Shown here: piece after piece, positions 59,601-64,000 of the stretch | How positions within the stretch are numbered: the stretch's first letter is position 1 | How the letters are laid out: every line of letters starts with the position of its first letter | Source: Candidatus Latescibacterota bacterium | GTDB taxonomy: Bacteria > Latescibacterota > UBA2968 > GCA-2709665 | Direction of reading: 5' to 3' | Length of the DNA: 64,000 bases | Assembly: GCA_965203805.1 (NCBI GenBank) | Contig: OZ241917.1 | Location: 4,064,001 to 4,128,000 of the forward strand | Notes under the pieces: model-generated | Told to the model about the DNA's origin: nothing | What the model saw: only the letters and a program-made list of their open reading frames with translations | Databases searched by the model: none | Program-made: the position numbers and the translations under genes

Positions 59601-62600
59601 CCTCGACGGCCTCTCCGAACACGGACCAGTCCGCCGCCAGAACGACCGAAGTCGTGGGATCGTCCCGCAGCAGCCGGTCAAACACCCTGAGGCCCTGTTC
59701 CGGGCTGAACCAGCCGGTTCCGGCCGCCTCGCGCCTGCGGGCAATCCGCTCCCGCTGCTCCTCGGCCTCGCCGAGTCCGGACCAGGCGCCCCAGGCGATG
59801 GCCTGGCCGGGAAGCCCAAGCGCGCGCCGGTGGGCGGCGAGTTGATCGAGGAACGTGTTGGCCGCCGCGTGGTTCGCCTGGCCCGGATTGCCCAGGATCC
59901 CGGCCACGCTCGAGAACAGGACGAAGAGGTCCAGATCGCAGTCGGCGGTGGACCGGTGCAGATGCCAGGCGCCAAGGACCTTCGGCCGAAGAACCTGCTC
60001 GAACCGCTCCCGGCTCTGATTCGCAAGCGAAGCATCGGACAGCACACCCACGCTGTGGATCACGCCCCCCAGCGGCGGCAGTTCCCCCTTGATCCGCTCG
60101 AACATTGCGTCCACCGCCCCGGCATCCGTCACATCGGCCAACTCCACCCGCACCGTAACGCCGCGTTCCCGGAGCGCTGCGATGGTTTCCTCCGCCTCCG
60201 GGTCCGGAGCCCGCCGGCCGTTCAATACGATGGCCCCCGCACCCCGCTCCGCCAGCCATCCGGCCAGGGCGCACCCGATTCCTCCCAGGCCGCCGGTCAC
60301 CAGGTAGGTCCGGTCCTGACGCAGCCGGCCGTCAACGAGCGATGGCCGGGTCAATACGATCTTCCCGATGTGCCTCGCGTCGCGCATGTACTCCATCGCG
60401 GCTCCGGCCTCGGCCAGCGGCCACCGGCTGTGGATGAGGGGCTTCAATTCTCCCGCTTCGAGTCGCTCCATTATGTTCCGGAGCGCCGCTCCCGGCCGCG
60501 CCGGATCCTGCTCCTTGAGGACATCCAACTCCAGGATGGCGTATGCGACGTCCGGCCGCACAGCCGCCATCTCTTCCTCGCTCAGGATGTCGCGCCGGGC
60601 CAATTCCACGAATCTGCCGCCTTTCCGGAGGCAGGCCAGACTCGCATCGATGAAACCCTCTCCCGTAAGGCTGTTCAACACCACGTCCACACCCGCGCCG
60701 TCCGTGGCCTCCAGGATCTCCCCGCCGAAGTTCGTCGTTCGGCTGTCGAAAATCTGCGTCACGCCGAGCGATCGGAGATACGCCTGCTTGGATGCGCTCG
60801 CGGTGGCGAAGACCTCCGCGCCGGCGGCCTGCGCCAATTGGACGGCCGCGAGCCCCACGCCGCCCGCGGCGGCGTGGATCAGTACCCGCTCGCCCGCCTT
60901 CAGGTCTGCAATATCGAAAGACAGCGCGGTGGTCACGAACACGGTGGGCATCGTGGCGAGGGATGCGACCGGGATCCCCGCGGGCGCAAGCGCCACCAGT
61001 TCCTCCCTCGTCACCACTTCCGGTCCGAATGTGCCGAATGCCAGGCCGACCACACGGTCGCCCGCGGAGACGGTTGAAGTTCCGGGACCGACCTCTACGA
61101 TCCGGCCGCACATCTCCTCGCCCATCAGGCCTTCACCCACCAGGCCCATGCCCCGGAACACGTCGAGAAAGTTCAGCCCGCGGGCTTCGACCGTGACACG
61201 AACTTCCCCTGGCTCCAGGGAACGCGCCGGCAACGGCTGGACCTGGAGCTCCTGGAGCGAGCCGCCGGCGGCGGGGGCCAACAGCCAGTCGGAACCCTCC
61301 GGCAGGGCCAGCCGCGCCTCGGTACGAACCAGGCGGGCAACCCGGCGGCGGCCGGTCCGATACGCGATCTGAGTCTCCGGATCGGGGAACAGCAGTTCTT
61401 CGGTGAAGTCGGCCGGCAGTTCCGCATCGGGATCGAGATCGATCATCTTCGGATTCAGGTGCGCCGCTTCCCTGGCCACCACTCTGCCGAAACCCCACAA
61501 AGTCGCTCCGCCAAGCTGACCCGCGCGCTCCCGCTCCAGGATCTGCGCGCCCCGTGTGACGAACCACACGCCCTGCGCGGGGGTCATGTCGGCATCGATC
61601 ACGCCCTGCGTCAGCGCCAGCGCGCTGGCCGCCGCTTGTCTCGCATCCTCTCCCATTTCCTCCGTGGTCGCCGCCGCCCCATGACCGTCCAGCGCCGCGA
61701 GATGCACGATACCGCCAAGGGGCACATCGCCGGGCAATCCCTCCAGAAGGGACCGCCACGACTCGCGCCGTTCCATCTCCAGGGTGCTTCTGACAACGCC
61801 GTTCGCTTCGTGGGCGGATTCCTCCGTTTCCGTCGATTCCGCGCCCGCCAGCACAACCGTCTGGTTTCGCGCTGCGAGTTGGGCGGCCAGCGCTGTGGCG
61901 ACGCCGCCCCGGTCCCCCGCGAGAACCCATGCGGCCGGCGGGAGGAGCACCTCCGCCGGTCCCTGCGCCACGATCACGCCCCGGTCGGGCAACCCGGCCG
62001 ACTCGGACTCGTCGACGCCAAGGATCTCGACCTCGCCGAAACCCACGTCACCGAGGGCTCGCCGCCACACGTCCGGTCCCGCAAGGGCGTGGTCCGAACG
62101 GTACTGATCGGCGAATCGCCACCAGCCGTCCAGCTGTCCGAATATCAGGTCCATCCAGCCCCTGCCGCGCTGGTTCTCCAGCGCGACAAGCTGTCCCGAC
62201 GGCGCCAGAAGCTCCCGGCAGTGCGCCAGCGTCTGGTCGAGATACTGCGTCGCGTGCAGCACGTTTGCGGCAATCACCAGGTCATACGCGTGGGCCCCAT
62301 AGCCCTGAGCCGCCGGCTCCTTCTCAATATCCAGCACGCGGTATTCGATGGGCGCATCCGCCTGGTCGAAACGCGCCTCCGCGTCCGCGAAGAAGCCCGC
62401 GGAGATGTCGGTGTAGGTGTAGTCGAAACGCCCGGCAGGAAGCCCCGGCAGGACGCACTCGGTCGCCGATCCGATGCCCGCGCCGACTTCGAGCACCCGT
62501 AGCCGCCGCCCCTCCGGCAGCCCGGCCGCGAGGGTCTGCACCACCTCTCCCAGCATCTGGTTCGCCGCTCGCCACACGGGCGCCCTGCGGTAGAGATCGG

Positions 62601-63999
62601 CAGCCTGCGGTTCCGCGTCGCCGAACAACAGCGACAGCGGGTCCTCGCGGCCGCGCAGCACCTCAGCGAGGGCCCCGGCGCATCGTCTGATGAGCCCGAT
62701 CTCGTTCGTGCCGTGCGGGTAACGTCCGGCCATGCCGGTCGCGTGCTCATCGGGATCATGCGGCATTTCTTCCGGCAACGCATCTTCGGCCCCGACCGCC
62801 ACCACGAATCCCTCGTCCGCCGCCTCCAGCACGCCCGATCTGGCCAGTATTTCGAGGATCCGGCGGAGCAGCCGGGCGTGTTCCGGCAAGACCTTCAGTT
62901 CCTGCCGCAAGGCCTCGGGGTCCACGTCGGCGCCCGTCCTGCGCTGCCAACCCAGTTCTTCCAGGGCCGAAAGCGCGTAAGCCCACGACAACCGCTCCAG
63001 GTCGGCCTGCAGGGCAGCCTCGTCTTCGACGCCGACACCTTCGGCGGCCAGGTACAGTGAGAATGGTTTCGAGCGGGGCGCGACGTCCGACGGGTACGGC
63101 AGGAAATCGGCGGACGGCATTCCGGGAGCAAGGACTCCGTCACGCCAAACCACTTCGTACAGGAGTTCGTCCAGTCCTTCCACGGCCGAAAGCAGCGCCT
63201 CACGGGTCGCCCGTTTCACCGTATATCCATCCAGCTCGCACAGCAGGGTACCGCTCGGGTCGTAGATTCGGAGGTCTCCGGTAAGGACCTCCGGTGGTTC
63301 GGACTCCGCATCGGGCGACGGGGTCCGAGAGTCTGCCGACATGCGCGCGTGGCAGAGAACACGCTCCGGGAGCGGCCCCGCGAGCCAAAGCCGTTCCCAT
63401 CCGAACGGCAGATACGTGACCCCTTCCCAGGTTCCCGCCTGTTCGCGCGCCGCGGCCATGACCTGGAAACAACCGTCGAGCAGGAGCGGATGGATTTCGA
63501 TTCCGCCGGGGTCGATGCCCGCCGGCAGCGCCACCTCGCCAAGCGCCTCTCCCGCCCCGGACCATACCCCTTCCAGTGTGCGGAACGACGGCCCGTGGTC
63601 GATCCCTACGCCGGCCTTGGCCCGGTAGAGGGCGGCCACATCCTGTGGCGACAGGCCGTTCCTGAGGCCATCCAGGTCAGGCGGCGCCTCCGCGCGCGGA
63701 CCTCCGGCGTCGGCCGACAGCCGGCCCTCCGCGTGCAGCGTCCAGTCCTCTCCGGAATCTCCCCTGCTGAGTATTCGAATTCGTTGCGCATCGCCGGATT
63801 CGTCGATCAGGACCTGCATTCTCCTGCCGGACTCACCTGCCCCGTCGCCGTCGTCCTCGTCCGCGAAGATCAACGGGTTGTGCAGCTGAACATCCTCCAG
63901 CGCGTCCGTTCCGGCGCCCTCCGCGAAGGCAGCCGATACCGCCATGGCCCCGTAGAGCGCGCCAGGCGCCACGAGCCGGTCGAACACCCGGTGGTCCTC
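56695..63999 (-). CDS. supA: Type I PKS/FAS, SupA-like; 5'-truncated by window: DH-cMT-ER-KR-ACP-KS-AT(degenerate)
   Basis: DH HRVFDRLVAPG/HPLLLDG, MT LEVGAGIG, ER HAAAGGVG, KR TGGLGGIG, ACP GIDSL, KS ELNCASS/EAHG/GHLE, AT GRDIGE; frame open to the window end. Confidence 0.9.
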   Translation of the reverse strand, partial: EDHRVFDRLVAPGALYGAMAVSAAFAEGAGTDALEDVQLHNPLIFADEDDGDGAGESGRRMQVLIDESGDAQRIRILSRGDSGEDWTLHAEGRLSADAGGPRAEAPPDLDGLRNGLSPQDVAALYRAKAGVGIDHGPSFRTLEGVWSGAGEALGEVALPAGIDPGGIEIHPLLLDGCFQVMAAAREQAGTWEGVTYLPFGWERLWLAGPLPERVLCHARMSADSRTPSPDAESEPPEVLTGDLRIYDPSGTLLCELDGYTVKRATREALLSAVEGLDELLYEVVWRDGVLAPGMPSADFLPYPSDVAPRSKPFSLYLAAEGVGVEDEAALQADLERLSWAYALSALEELGWQRRTGADVDPEALRQELKVLPEHARLLRRILEILARSGVLEAADEGFVVAVGAEDALPEEMPHDPDEHATGMAGRYPHGTNEIGLIRRCAGALAEVLRGREDPLSLLFGDAEPQAADLYRRAPVWRAANQMLGEVVQTLAAGLPEGRRLRVLEVGAGIGSATECVLPGLPAGRFDYTYTDISAGFFADAEARFDQADAPIEYRVLDIEKEPAAQGYGAHAYDLVIAANVLHATQYLDQTLAHCRELLAPSGQLVALENQRGRGWMDLIFGQLDGWWRFADQYRSDHALAGPDVWRRALGDVGFGEVEILGVDESESAGLPDRGVIVAQGPAEVLLPPAAWVLAGDRGGVATALAAQLAARNQTVVLAGAESTETEESAHEANGVVRSTLEMERRESWRSLLEGLPGDVPLGGIVHLAALDGHGAAATTEEMGEDARQAAASALALTQGVIDADMTPAQGVWFVTRGAQILERERAGQLGGATLWGFGRVVAREAAHLNPKMIDLDPDAELPADFTEELLFPDPETQIAYRTGRRRVARLVRTEARLALPEGSDWLLAPAAGGSLQELQVQPLPARSLEPGEVRVTVEARGLNFLDVFRGMGLVGEGLMGEEMCGRIVEVGPGTSTVSAGDRVVGLAFGTFGPEVVTREELVALAPAGIPVASLATMPTVFVTTALSFDIADLKAGERVLIHAAAGGVGLAAVQLAQAAGAEVFATASASKQAYLRSLGVTQIFDSRTTNFGGEILEATDGAGVDVVLNSLTGEGFIDASLACLRKGGRFVELARRDILSEEEMAAVRPDVAYAILELDVLKEQDPARPGAALRNIMERLEAGELKPLIHSRWPLAEAGAAMEYMRDARHIGKIVLTRPSLVDGRLRQDRTYLVTGGLGGIGCALAGWLAERGAGAIVLNGRRAPDPEAEETIAALRERGVTVRVELADVTDAGAVDAMFERIKGELPPLGGVIHSVGVLSDASLANQSRERFEQVLRPKVLGAWHLHRSTADCDLDLFVLFSSVAGILGNPGQANHAAANTFLDQLAAHRRALGLPGQAIAWGAWSGLGEAEEQRERIARRREAAGTGWFSPEQGLRVFDRLLRDDPTTSVVLAADWSVFGEAVEGRASLFEDLLPAAEDASEDASGASEDLLSMLEVTPAAGREELFVSFLQQEVQAVLRLPAAPAPAVGFFDLGIDSLMAVELRNRLNRAFAGHYVAPNTLVFDYPDIASLAGHLVGELGEIESAPTPAPEAQPEPERVPTPPREENGVAIVGMACRFPGASDVMEFWKQLDAGANAVTDGRWNSGTTGNCAEELTGGFNVYRSGGFVDGIDGFDARFFRIAPIEARMMDPQQRMLLETSWQALEDAGIDPGRLRGSRTGVYSGIAASEYRDLMAGGDHDISYLGTSASMTVGRVAFVLGLEGPAIPVELNCASSLVAVHQAVTGLREGEVDLVLVGGVNAVLSPRLTREMAELGMLSPEGRCKAFDGSANGFVRGDGCGMVVLKRLADAEADGDRIWGVVRGSAVNQNGAAAGPTVPNGPAQERLIEAALARAGIAPSDVDYLEAHGAGSAMGDSIELQAAAAVYGREREADRPLLVGSVKTNVGHLETVAGIAGLIKTVLAMKHGMIPRHLHFRDPNPNLDWSQLPVRVTSEATGWPHHPDRPSRAGVSAFGISGSNAHVVVEGYGDPAGGSPDSGLLSAGSAQRVSISLPEPVADLPLPEDGRLQKRQTRFLPLSGKAEEALRELAARYAAWLDEKTYSHADQTELLADMAWTAGVGRSHFDYRAGVAFNDVASLREGVETVALGEGGLVPVTAAKVAFVYAGRDSHQAGMGRSLYETEPVVRMILDRCDEVFRDMRGGPLLEVLFRPAESDDALEDPDRTQPAIYALHCALTELWSSVGIRPNVVLGRDIGELAAARAAGVISLEEGLRIAASRDGEAPLEKSATAPPTVDMISGATGRFVDPGDAREGEYWRRQMNEPARLNRCFETLVETGVNVVIEIGPDAVNGSDSAGARPESVNGGEAPVVLSSLPRPSGDDAGACCDRFIEAVAGAYEAGLAVSFDGLFSGERRRRVSLPGYPFQRRRHWI

Positions 64000-64000
64000 C

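Noticed and set aside
56822-63791. Alternative-frame ORFs within the PKS
   Set aside because: They overlap a continuous PKS frame with all domain motifs; low-complexity Arg/Pro/Gly translations.

Overview
High-GC bacterial chromosome segment with three blocks. The SupA-like PKS cassette suggests a marine sponge symbiont; the lineage was not determined. (1) 1-25.9 kb, minus strand: a respiratory super-cluster nuoA-CD-E-F-G-H-J-K-L-M, then a complete Mrp/Mnh antiporter block, then nuoN and the F1Fo operon (atpQ-I-B-E-F-H-A-G...). nuoB and nuoI are absent, and a MITE sits in front of atpI. (2) About 28.1-49.5 kb, plus strand: a lower-GC defence island built on a type I R-M system (hsdM, hsdS, hsdR, duplicated M48/YgjP). 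Between hsdS and hsdR lie an ABC-ATPase/PIN pair and a five-gene operon: SLATT(4TM), TGT-like, HhH glycosylase, QueC-like and TIR. A second N6-methylase/nuclease pair, an orphan antitoxin, an hsdR remnant and a DUF1828-like gene follow. (3) 50-64 kb: STAS protein, NCS2 permease fused to a degenerate anti-sigma-kinase domain, aldolase, SurE, rhodanese, alpha/beta hydrolase, ACP and a partial SupA-like PKS. The best candidate new system is the five-gene operon. It has the type IV CBASS ancillary trio (Cap9/Cap10/Cap11-like) but no CD-NTase. In its place is a Thoeris-like TIR protein beginning M-G-G-I-G-S-G, a plausible N-terminal deazaguanylation acceptor. All family assignments come from reading motifs by eye; no database searches were run.
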